NCBI RefSeq assembly: GCF_009914755.1
Contig: NC_060936.1
From: the human T2T-CHM13v2.0 reference genome, Homo sapiens
Direction: 5' to 3' (one strand)
Length of the DNA stretch: 64,000 bases
Shown: positions 51,308 through 64,000 of the stretch, piece after piece
Position numbering within the stretch: the first letter of the stretch is position 1
How the letters are laid out: every line of letters begins with the position of its first letter
The notes under the pieces: generated by a model
What the model was told of the DNA's origin: nothing
What the model saw: only the letters and a program-made list of their open reading frames with translations
The model's database searches: none
Program-made: the position numbers and the translations under genes

Positions 51308-53109
51308 GATTACAGGCGTGAGCCACAGTGCCTGGCCTATTTTGTTTGTTTTTTCAAACAAAACTGTGAAGAACACCCTGTGTGTCTCTCCCTGGACACT
51401 TGAGACTTTATTTACCCTCACCTTGACAATAAAGGGTATTACTAATCTTTCTTGACTTGTCTGACAGATGAAAAATGATATATTACTATTGTTTTTATTC
51501 CTTTCCTTTAATTATTTGTGAGCCTGGGTATATTTTTATATTTTTAATAAGGTATTTGTAATTCTTATTATCTGTTATTTTCTTAGCAACCTTTCACCTA
51601 TTTTCAACTATCTCACCTATCTCAAACTATTTTTAGGCTATTAAACTATTTTCAACTTCAAATTATTAAACTTTCTTAAAAGAGCTAAGAAAAAATTTCT
51701 AGGTCAAAACTAAAAGTTTTGATTTTGACAAACTGACTTTAACTAGTTCTCTTTAAAATGGCCTCAGTTAAGGCACTGACTTCAATTTCTCACCTTGCCT
51801 CTTCGTTGGAACTTGAACTAATTTTTTGTTTTCTTAATTTGTTCTGAAAATCTAAAGCATGACAAATACTCTACAATTTCGGGTTTCATCGTTTTAACCT
51901 CATGAGGTTACCTTGGTCATGTCTCGATCCATCTTCACAACTTTCTCCATGTTGGCGCCAGTACCAAGTCGGAAGGGCCGTCCTTCTGAACTACTGAAAA
52001 AAGGCAGGCAGAGAACACAGCACACCTTACAGGCACTGCCAAAAGTGGGCTGCATGCCATGGGGTCACCCAGTCATGGTGAGGCCCTATTATACACTAAC
52101 ATTAGCTTACACTAACATTAGCTTTTTTTTTTTTTTTTTTTTTTTTTGAGACAGGGTGTTGCTCTTTCACCCAGGCTGGAGTGCAGTGGCGTGATCACAG
52201 CTCACTGCAGCCTCGATCTCCCTAGGTTCAGGTGATTCTCCCACCTCAGCCTCCCAAACAGCTGGGACCACAGGTTCATGCCACTATGCTTGCCTAATTT
52301 TTGTATTTTTTGAAGAGATGGGATCTCACTATGTTGCCCAGGCTGGTCTCGAACTCCTGGGCTCAAGCCATCCTCCTGCCTTGGACTCCTAAAGCACTGG
52401 GATTACAGGCATGAGCCACCATGCCTGGACCTCTAACACTAGCTTTTAAAATCCACAATTTAAGACTCAATTTTTCAAAAAGGAAATAATTTATTACTGC
52501 TTAATTATAGCACTTTAGGGCCCAAAACAACAGCGTTTTTAGAGTTGTAAGGGTATCTAGAAATCCAGATGAAAATAATGCACAAAATGAAAAACTGACA
52601 TGAACCCAGAACAAAAGCAGGGCCTGAGGACATCATCTAAACCCCAAGGAGAGGGAACTTTAACGACACCATAGATGTGATCCCTTGGCGAATGACATCT
52701 ATTAGAAAGGAAGATTACAGGCGTGAGCCACAGCGCCTGGCCTATTTTGTTTGTTTTTTTCAAACAAAACTGTGAAGAACACCCTGTGTGTTTCTCCCTG
52801 GACACTTGAGACTTTATTTACCCTCACCTTGACAATAAAGGGTATTACTAATCTTTCTTGATTTTACTTGTCTGACAGATGAAAAATGATATATTACTAT
52901 TGTTTTTATTCCTTTCCTTTAATTATTTGTGAGCCTGGGTATATTTTTATATTTTTAATAAGGTATTTGTAATTCTTATTATCTGTTATTTTCTTAGCAA
53001 CCTTTCACCTATTTTCAACTATCTCACCTATCTCAAACTATTTTTAGGCTATTAAACTATTTTCAACTTCAAACTATTAAACTTTCTTAAAAGAGCTAAG
53101 AAAAAATTT
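51308..53109 (+). repeat. Direct duplication: copies 51308-51698 and 52713-53109
   Basis: Hand alignment: 3 substitutions and 2 small indels (1 and 5 nt) over about 390 bp. Confidence 0.97.
51912..51993 (-). CDS. HECTD4: HECTD4 coding exon (SSSEGRPFRLG...DRDMTK)
   Basis: ttttttcag acceptor (CAGTAG tandem), AAG|GTAACC donor; 82 nt, phase 2->0; missing from the ORF track but required for frame continuity. Confidence 0.88.
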
Positions 53110-53984
53110 ATTAGTGTTCCTTTCTAATAGTTCTTCTTCCCCTGCCTCCTGAACTTGGTTCTCCAAAAAAAATCTTTCATCAAATTTGTACAATGATGCA
53201 TTGCAATGTCCAGGAATGTTTCTTGGAGATTTCCTCATATAAGCCCTGACCTGCCATAATCCCGCTTAGTTTACACCATGGTCCCATTAGTGTTTTCAGT
53301 TGCCATAATGGCAGACAGGGGATTCAATTATGAGGATGACAACATCGTCAGATCATTTAAGTAAAGAGAGGCCTCTTCAATCTGAGACATAAATACCTGC
53401 TCTGAATTCCCCTGTGCTATGTGGCAAGCCTTCCTGTTGCCCTGGATCCCACTAACAAAGCCCTGCAGGTTTGTAATATTTGGGCAATGACTATATTTTT
53501 ACTTTCTTCTTGAGTAATCACACCATTTCATACTTCAACTAATTAAAGATTTAAAAAAGTGTCTCTTGTTTCTCCAACTCACAGTCAATGAGTTGGAGTT
53601 TACCTAAATTTACCAACAGCTGAAGGATGCCAACAACTAAAAATCAAATGGCATTATTCCTTCTCAAAGCCCAAGTCACACTGGAGGCTTCCCATAGACA
53701 ATAATACATCGTCCACATGGCTTTAGCTCTCAGTTGCACTTAGAGAGACAGTACCAAGTTGTGGTTCAGAGCTTGGGTTCTATGGTCAGAGAAGACTACA
53801 TCTGCATTTCAGCTCTGCCTCAGTTTCTTTCTGTGTCACCACAGGAATCACAGTGACAGTGTCTACCTGAAAGGGGTGTAAAGAGGGCCGAGGCAGTCGA
53901 TACATGTACAGGGCTTACTTAGCACAGTGCCTGTGACATGGGTGGTGCTTGAGGATGTGTAGCTATCACAATCATTATGGTCAC

Positions 53985-54174
53985 CTTAGCAATGGCTGGA
54001 GGACTTCATGGGATGACTGGTCTTCCCGCTTGTGGATAAATATCGAGAGCTTGCCATCCACAGCCTCACTCTCTTCTCCAGGATCTTTATCTCCTTTCAA
54101 GGAATTCTTGGGACTGGTTTTTGTCAATGTGGTGTCAGGTTCAGAAGCGGTTGGAGAAAGAACTGTCTGACATC
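53985..54174 (-). CDS. HECTD4: HECTD4 coding exon (GCQTVLSP...EVLQPLL)
   Basis: gcttaaag acceptor, AAG|GTGACC donor; 190 nt, phase 1->2. Confidence 0.88.
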
Positions 54175-54411
54175 CTTTAAGCAAAAAACAAAGCTCATTC
54201 AGGAAAACTGCAGTGTTGTTTTGGCGGCTCTGCTAAAATGAAAAATAATGGTTTGGGATTTGGAATCTTTCTTCCCCCTTCTCTATTCCTGTCCCCGCTC
54301 CCTTCTCTGTCACTCACTCTTTCATCATAGGAAGCACAGATGCAAGGGGGACCTGACTGGGCACAGGAATGCTGCACTGCCATGCTACTCTCCTGTTGAG
54401 GAGCTTCTCAC

Positions 54412-54692
54412 CTGGAACCACATAATCTGCCAGCTTTGCTAAGAGCAGGGAGGCGATCTTGGAAGCTGGGTCGCTGGGATCCTCCTGCTCACTGTTTAAG
54501 GAGGGGACAGAGTAGCTCCAGGGTGGGAGCTCCACGTTTCCACAGTCTTCTACGCTCATCAGGGGCAGCGCCGCCCGGCACAGCTGGAGAATAATAAGGA
54601 CTAGCTTTGGAGACGGGCGTTGGTCAAGCAGCAGGGAGAGGAGTTTGGACACACAAGCTGGCTGGCTCAGGATGGCTTTACCTATGTGGCTC
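54412..54692 (-). CDS. HECTD4: HECTD4 coding exon (SHIGKAIL...ADYVVP)
   Basis: tttcccag acceptor, CAG|GTGAGA donor; 281 nt, phase 2->1. Confidence 0.92.
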
Positions 54693-55013
54693 CTGGGAAA
54701 AAAGGAAGAAAAGGTACACAGTGCTAGAAATGTTGATCTATAGACATTCAGAAGCAAGAGTTCTCTGAATGAAACAAACCAATGAAATCTGATTTCACGA
54801 GGAATCATGAATGTGGCACTATGCTTCTGTGAAGAATTAAGAATTTTGGAAACATTTGATGAAACCAAACAACACTAATACTTAAAAAGAAAGATTTTTG
54901 AATATTTTCTGATCTCTGATGTTTACTTGAGATCCTAAATTCAGAGTGATTCATGGAGCACTGAGACTTAGAAACTCAAACTAAGAGCTTTTCAGTTTGT
55001 CATTTATTCTTTC

Positions 55014-55272
55014 ATTTTTTTAACGGGAAAAAAGACATACAAATTTATTTAACATGTATACACAGGAGCCTTCAGAGTGAAGACTCAATTTCCCATGAGT
55101 TACAGAAGCTTATCTACCATCTTGAGGTTACAGAAAGAATGGGGGCTTGGATCCTGGTAAACCAGGTTAAGGGAGAGGGGAGAAGCATTCTATAATAAAT
55201 GATTGCTAGGGAGAATGACTGGATCTGGGAACAGAGATTAACTTGTAAATAGTTCTCTTTGGAATTTACGTT
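55014..55272 (-). mobile_element. ERV LTR-like fragment with AATAAA, short A tail and 12-bp TSD
   Basis: atttattctttc at 55002-55013 and 55273-55284; T7 at 55015-55021; tttatt at 55044-55049; LTR family not determined. Confidence 0.6.
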
Positions 55273-55852
55273 ATTTATTCTTTCTTAATGAGTACCTCAA
55301 GACCAAAGCTATCATACAGTGTTTCATAGGCTTCAATGTTCTAGGATCTGCCACAGCTAAAACTGTTATATTCCAAGAAAGCTAAATAACATGCAGTCAG
55401 TCATATGTGGATATTTTATGGGCCTCGTGGCTCACACAGGGAGTATATAACCAGCACAGAGTATCTTCTTTTAAAGACACAGCATGAGAAAGTGAGTTAA
55501 TTACAGGCCCTGACTCATTCCTCTTTAATCTTGCTACAATGAGGGTAAGATTTTTGGTTAATGAATACAACTGCATCTATGGGAAAGGTTAGCAGCTGCT
55601 GTCAGTAAGGTATTAAAGCAAATGATGATATATTATTTTATGATTTAGCTATTCACCTAAATAATCCTTATATTTTGGAACTAAATACTATGTTTCAATG
55701 ACTTTATCCTCCATTATTTTTTTGAGGCAAGAGTGTGTCAAAATGGCCTAGTAATTTAGCTATTTTGAAAAGACAACCACCACCAAAAGAAACCCCAATC
55801 GTTCAAGAGGAAAGCCAGCTTCTCCCAGAGCTCCAGGCTGGACCTTGCATAC

Positions 55853-56006
55853 CTTGAGAGATCATTGAGAAGACTAAGGACATCCTGGAGCGCGTCATTC
55901 CCAGCAGCCTGGTTGCCACAGCACTCTGTGGCTCGGGCAAGATGGTTAGTGAGAAGGCTGGACACCTGCCGGGCCAGACCTGAGTGCACAGCCTCTGTGG
56001 AGCCAC
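55853..56006 (-). CDS. HECTD4: HECTD4 coding exon (GGSTEAVHSG...LNDLSR)
   Basis: ctgtgaag acceptor after a T-rich tract, AAG|GTATGC donor; 154 nt, phase 1->2. Confidence 0.88.
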
Positions 56007-56681
56007 CTTCACAGTTAAAGAAAGAAAAAAAGAGATTGGTGAAAACTTAAGGGTGCCATGGTGAGCCTGAGGGGGCGGCGAGCCCTGTCCATTTATCTTG
56101 CTTAATGTTTCATGAACCATCTAATAGTGTCTCCTCATTAGATAATGTCTACACATAAAAAGGATAATAGTTATTTTAAAAATAACTCAATGTGGGGGGT
56201 AGACATTACTATTAATGAAAATTGAATATGATTAATTCATACATAACCAAAGAACATACTTTGATTGATAGGGAAGAATCATTACTTCACCGGTGATGAA
56301 AACATCTTGATTTCTTAACTCATACTTTCCCAAACACAATAAAAGACCTTTCTGGATTCTTCCATGTTTACCATAGTTCCAGAACCTCCCAAGCATGTAA
56401 AAGTTATGAAAAAGTATTTGTTGTTTCCTGAACTTTCCATGCTCTTTTAGATCGCTGAGTCTACACACGCTGTTTGTTCTGCTCGAAAGTATTCTCCTTC
56501 CTTCAAGAGTAACTCCCGTGTCACCTTCTCTGGGAAGCTTTGCTGGATCCCTAGCACAGCTGGTCTCTGGGACCTCTACACTCCCACTGCACATCCTATC
56601 TACCTCAGTTGTGGCACTGATTACACTATAAGTATTTGCTTATTGGTCTATTTCCCTGTCAGACCTTTTTTTTTTTTTTGA

Positions 56682-57040
<359 letters not shown>

Positions 57041-57959
57041 TAAAATGCATCGTGAACAAATAAACAGATAAATAAACAAGTTATACACACAGGCCTGGAA
57101 TCTTATTGGGAAATTTATCCTTCAAGTTTACTTTTTTTTTTGAAACAGGGTCTCGCTCTGTTGCCCAGGGAGTGTAGTGGCACGATCACAGCTCACTGCA
57201 GCCTCGACCTCCCTGGCTCAAGCAATCTTCCCACTTCAGCCTTCTGAGTGGCTGGGACTATAGGCACGTGTCACTGCACCCAGCCCAGGTTTACTTTTTA
57301 TTTGGATTGGTCACTAAAAATAAAATTTGGAAACATCACCTTGAAAATGCAACTGAAAAGCCACTTCAAAAAATATTTGTTTTTTTGAACGCCAAGGCGC
57401 GAGGACTGCTTGAGGCCAGGAGTTTGAGACCAACCTGGGCAACATAGTAAGATCCTGTCTCTAAAAACAAACAACAACAACAAAAAACCTTAGCTAGGCA
57501 TGGTGAGTGCGCCTATAGTCCTACTTGGGAGGCTGTGGTCGGGGGATCTCTTATCATTTGAGCCAGGGAGGTTGAGGTTACAGTGAGCTATGATTGCACC
57601 ACTGTACCCTAGCCTGGGTGACAGACCTTGTGTCTAATAAATTTTTTTTAATTAAAAAAATATATTTGGAAACTACTAGCAGTATTGACAAGGAGAGAAT
57701 AAAAAATATCTTCTCAATTTCCTGGGATTACTGTACTCCTTCAGGGTACAGGGATATCATTCAGTCTCATCGTAATGCTGTAAGTTTTTATAAAACCACA
57801 CTGAGGAAAAGTCTCTCATGAAATCATCCACTGATTTAACCCATCTGATCATGTCATTTAATAGAGGCTTTCTCTCTTTCATTTAGCATAAAAAAACCAA
57901 TAAACTAACACACCAATAGAAGAAATCAGTGAGCTCTAGAAAGGAGTCTGGCATCTCAC

Positions 57960-58144
57960 CTTCCTCTTTTTCCCACTCAACACAGCGGTTGGCAAGCACC
58001 TGGAAGGCAGCCCAGGCCATGGTGGCCACCTTCTGCTTCTTGGTCTGTTTCTCACTGGAGCTGGACTCGGTCTGATTGCTCAAGCTACACAGTCGATCCA
58101 TGAGCTGCACAAGGCCACTGCGTACCAGGCACTTCTCTTCGCTC
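57960..58144 (-). CDS. HECTD4: HECTD4 coding exon (SEEKCLVRSG...VEWEKEE)
   Basis: tttgtcag acceptor, AAG|GTGAGA donor; 185 nt, phase 2->1. Confidence 0.92.
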
Positions 58145-58788
58145 CTGACAAAGGGTCATGGATTACACTAGATAAACGTAACTGACCGACACTCAGGAAA
58201 CTCTCATGTGAGGTTCAAAGGGGCATAAAACATGCTGGTGCAGCTCTTTCCCTACAACTTAGGATACTGCCATGTGCAATCAAACACAAAATGATTTTCT
58301 GATAATGATGATTCCCTTCATTAACAAGGAACTTCAAATTCTGGTTTGTTTATATACAGCAAAAATCGATGGAATCAACTCAATGTTGCCATGATGGAAA
58401 AAAATCATGTATTTTGTCCTAAGGGGATTCAATGAATGCTTGACATCTTCAAATTAGTAACTAAGTGACCCAAGAGAGGAAATAAATGTATATATGCAAA
58501 ATATTTCTGCCAAATATGTAAGTAATTTCCTAGGGACCTTTTATTTTTCTTTGAACCTCTGTATCTTCACAATGTAATATAACCCTAATGGCTGCATTTA
58601 GTCATGTTGGAACTCAATAATAAGAAATTTACATAGGAACCTTAAGTGTCTTTCAGGAGAAAAGTTTTGTATAGCTAGCTCTGGATAATGAAAGCAAAAA
58701 ATCCAATTTTTAAAATTAAAAATACTTTCACTTAATCGACTATACTGCAGGGTAACTTACATACAACAAAAGGCCTTTCCGTACTTAC

Positions 58789-58935
58789 CTGGTGTAAGGT
58801 ATGGTACATAAGAGTCCAATGCTATTTGCGCAAGCGATAGGGTAACGAGCACACAGAGACACAACAGAGGTCATGGTCTCGCCAAAGGCTTCCTGGACCT
58901 GCTCGACCATCCCACCACATGTGAGTTCTTCAATT
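58789..58935 (-). CDS. HECTD4: HECTD4 coding exon (IEELTCGG...TIPYTR)
   Basis: tttcacag acceptor, CAG|GTAAGT donor; 147 nt, phase 2->2. Confidence 0.92.
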
Positions 58936-59341
58936 CTGTGAAAGAGAAACCAAAGCTCAGGCTTCCTGAACCATGTCAAGAACAGTGGCTGAGCAGGAGA
59001 GGCCTCTTGAGAAACTCTAGAGTATCTGGATGAATCCAGAACTGAAGGGATCTTGGAGAACATCCAGCTCAGTGTTTCCTAGACTATGCAAGACTGCTGG
59101 ACAGAAGTTTTAGGTGTGCCTCCAAAACAGCGGTCCACACTCCAGAAAAGTCTAGGAAATCCTGGGTTAGGGAAATTAAAACAGACTACTGTAGGACTTT
59201 TCAGAGCCTTCAGTAAGGGTAAAGCGAATGGCCTCTCCACAAGCAGGGGACATTCAACATTTTCCAAACTTATTTGATCATGAAACCAGTTATTTCAGAC
59301 ATGTCTACAATAATCTAAGTAGCACTGAATACTGTAAGTGC

Positions 59342-59374
<33 letters not shown>

Positions 59375-59376
59375 AG

Positions 59377-59595
<219 letters not shown>

Positions 59596-60417
59596 TAATC
59601 CTCCCACCTCGGCCTCCCAAAGTGCTGGGATTACAGGCCTGAGCCACTGTGCCTAGCCAAGGCAGTTTTATTAATGAGACAACTAAGGCTCAAATGGATT
59701 AGCTAAGTGTCTGTTTTTGAGTTCACACTTCAGTTATTAGCAGAAGATGAAAGCCTAGTTGATATAAAATAAAACTTTCCCAATGCAAAACACAACATAG
59801 GGCCGATTCTATACCAATTAATATTAGTTTAGAACTGAAACTATCAGGATTTATCTACAAAGACATGCAACATAGTATTGTTTATAAAAGCAAAAACAAG
59901 AAAAACTAACCTAATGTTCAAAAATAGGGAATTTGTTAAAGTTTCAAGCATATAGCTACAGAACCACTAAGAACACTACGGGAGACATCTACAGTTAGAA
60001 CACAGACACTAAAGTGTTAACAGAATGTTATTTTAAGAGGGTGTACTTGTAGGTGATTTTCATTGTATTTTTTGGCATTTTCTACATTTTTTTTTCAAGT
60101 TTCTGACAAATGACAATAATCGAGGGAAAAGGAATAGTGCTGCCAGTTTTATGGAGAAATTAAATTCTGGAAATAGGCTGTGGTAATCATTAGGGCTTTT
60201 CCCTATTTCTTTCTGGGCACCCTGTGGTTGGCTGGGCAGTGACAAGTCTGGTCAATGAGCCAGAGTTCTGACAAGGAGCCTGGCAGCTCTTGAGGTGATG
60301 GTTTCCTCTTCTGTGATTACCATGAGCCAGCATGAACCCATCATGAACAGAAGCAAGACCTAAAATTTTGTCTTCTTCATTTTTTGTGACAAGGTTTTGC
60401 TCTGTTGCCCAGGCTGA

Positions 60418-60680
<263 letters not shown>

Positions 60681-61238
60681 TAAGCCACTTAAATTTTGGA
60701 CTTGTTTCCAAATAATAGTCTGACCTCTCCTGTACTCCCAGCTACTTGGAAGGCTGAGGTGGGAAGATCTCAAGATTTCTCAAGATACTCACTTCAGCTC
60801 TTAATTAACCCATTTTCCTCCAGCCACTGAACCCTCTCTGCCTGTTGGCCAGAATTCCTCAAAGAACTGTCAGGAAGCACAGCAGCCTCCAGCAGCTCCA
60901 GTCCAGGGCTTGCAGAGAAATGCATTTTCTATTTCTATTTGAAGATTTTTGAAGCCCAATAGGAAACTCATATAGAACAACTCACAAATGAGTTATAAAA
61001 TCATCTTCAGAGTTAGTATCTATGATTACATTTTTAGAAATTGGTTCAGTAATAACAGTTATGGAAATGTATAAAAATATAGGCAGAAGGAGGTTGTTAA
61101 TGCAAAAACAAAACAAAGCAAAAACAAAAGCAATAAAGACAAATGAACCTATGTGTCCGTCAGCAGAGGATGTGTTAATTTTTTTAGAAAAGGTCATCTA
61201 TATAATGTATATCTATGAGCTCTTAAAAATCTTAAAGC

Positions 61239-61847
<609 letters not shown>

Positions 61848-62260
61848 CTATATGTGCTGATATGAAAACACAGATATCTGAGATATCTAAGACATACTGA
61901 GCAAAACAACCATGGTTATAGAAAGGCATGGATAATATAATCTGAATTAAGTTGAAAAAAATTTACACACAAACACAGTTATGTGTACAAAAAGAATTAT
62001 ACAGCTGCTTATGCATGTATGGTTGCTGTAATGAGCTCTTAATGGACAGAGTGGAATTCAGGAGAAGAAGGTGAATACTGAGAGTTTTACGTTCTATTAA
62101 TATGTTGAGTTTTTTGCAAGATCATGTACCACTTTTATATAAATATTTTAGAGGAAAACATTAGCAAATACTACCGCCTATGTTTGGGTCCCAAGAATAA
62201 TCTTTTGAATGGCTCTGACCATTCTAGAAAGGACAGTATAAACTAACAGAAACAACTAAC

Positions 62261-62427
62261 CTGGGTCCTCCCTGAAGGACCATCGTCACTGGACCCACAA
62301 GATGCGTCACTCCCCCGACTCGTACGGCAGCTGTCAGCAATTCCCGCATGTGCACCAGTGCCTGCTTGCGAGTGTTTCCCCGCCGCCACCTTGTCTGTGC
62401 AGCCAAAAGGAAACTGCTGCTGGACAC
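62261..62427 (-). CDS. HECTD4: HECTD4 coding exon (VSSSSFLL...LQGGPR)
   Basis: tttcag acceptor, CAG|GTTAGT donor; 167 nt, phase 0->2. Confidence 0.9.
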
Positions 62428-62527
62428 CTGAAACACACAAGGAGGGACACCTGACTCCTGCTAACTGCCGCAAGACCCCGCATGCTGTTAGGTGCTATTC
62501 ATCTGGAGCCCGCAAAATGTGACGTAC

Positions 62528-62669
62528 AGCTTGGTCAGGGTTGGTGCCGATGAAAGCAAACAGCTGCCCTAGCAGGACACTGTAGGTGGGCTTGTCCCTG
62601 CTGTCCTCAATGGCCAGCGACTGCAGGAGTGTAAAGGAGCTGCTGCGGTGGCTGGTCACGTGGCGACGC
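62528..62669 (-). CDS. HECTD4: HECTD4 coding exon (RRHVTSHR...GTNPDQA)
   Basis: ccccgtag acceptor, GCT|GTACGT donor; 142 nt, phase 2->0. Confidence 0.9.
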
Positions 62670-62781
62670 CTACGGGGAACACAGAACAGACTGGCAAGAC
62701 GAGAAACACACTCAGGGAGCTTGTTTTGATGAATGCATTCAGCTGCATGTGGGAACCCAACCCCGGCCATTAGCCATTTAC

Positions 62782-62917
62782 CTCTGATTTGCTCTAGTAA
62801 ATTCCAAATCTTCATTACCAATCATTTCCAGGTCAGAAGGAGCTGACATGCTGCGAAGAAAAACAGGCTGCCTGACAGCGTGAGATATCACTTTTGTTTC
62901 AGAAGCTGATTTACAAG
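62782..62917 (-). CDS. HECTD4: HECTD4 coding exon (ACKSASETKV...FTRANQR)
   Basis: tttctag acceptor, AG|GTAAAT donor; 136 nt, phase 1->2. Confidence 0.9.
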
Positions 62918-63217
62918 CTAGAAAAAAAAGGAATAAAAAGGCTGACATTTCTGCTATCTGTACAACAGCCAAATGCAACACAGAACTACCCAACAGTCTA
63001 AGTGTATCTTTGCTTTCTATCACAGTTCAGCCACCAATCTAGCTAGCACAGCATACTGATGGTTTTTACATCAATTTTTTAACCTAAGTATTAGGTTAAA
63101 AATTATTTTAACTTAAAAAAATTAAAATCTTTTTATTAAATTGGTTTTCCAAAGAAAAGCTGAAAAATTCATTGAATTTCATAGCTATCCATGTTCACTT
63201 TAATGTAAGCATTCTAA

Positions 63218-63657
<440 letters not shown>

Positions 63658-64000
63658 TAACTGATTTATTGTCATTTAATGATACCTCTGCTTTGATCAT
63701 AGTTGGTAGGAATAAATATTACACTTGAGTTGGAATCTGAACTGGTCTTTCTATAAGATATACTCCTTAACCCTATCCAGGGAAATAGATGTTTTATAAA
63801 ACAATCCTTAAATGGAAGAAGATAAAACTATATGTCATGAGTAGCTAAGAAAAAAAGATGTTGAGAAAGTGCAGGAAAAAAAACATTTTGTTTTATTTTT
63901 CTAAAATTTTCACTTATTTATTTATTTAGAGACAGGGTCTTGCTCTGTTGCCCAGGCTGAAGAGCAGTGCTGCAATCATGGCTTACTGCAGCCTTGAACT

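Overview
Primate (almost certainly human) genomic DNA from the middle of HECTD4 (C12orf51), a very large HECT E3 ubiquitin ligase gene, on the minus strand. I traced 33 consecutive coding exons by hand (62917 down to 1965; 6474 nt, about 2158 codons). Splice phases are continuous and all introns are GT-AG except one, which must use a GC donor (31394). The start codon, HECT domain and stop lie outside the window. Introns are Alu-dense and carry L1, L2, MIR, hAT-MER and LTR relics; almost all short ORFs in the track are Alu artefacts. There is no prokaryotic system or CRISPR array. Most notable observations: (1) a non-Alu inverted repeat of about 200 bp and 95% identity (18231-18986), apparently L2-derived, predicting a long dsRNA hairpin; (2) an apparent split RRM fold with a 151-aa insert, plus KOW-like and Mind-bomb-SH3-like modules, in the encoded protein; (3) a GC-AG intron with a frameshifting GT 4 nt away; (4) a young duplication of about 390 bp bracketing an 82-nt exon, one copy bounded by a perfect 14-bp inverted repeat; (5) a polyadenylated, TSD-flanked LTR-like retrocopy; (6) several candidate poison or alternative exons. 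Repeat family names and protein folds come from pattern recognition, not database searches.
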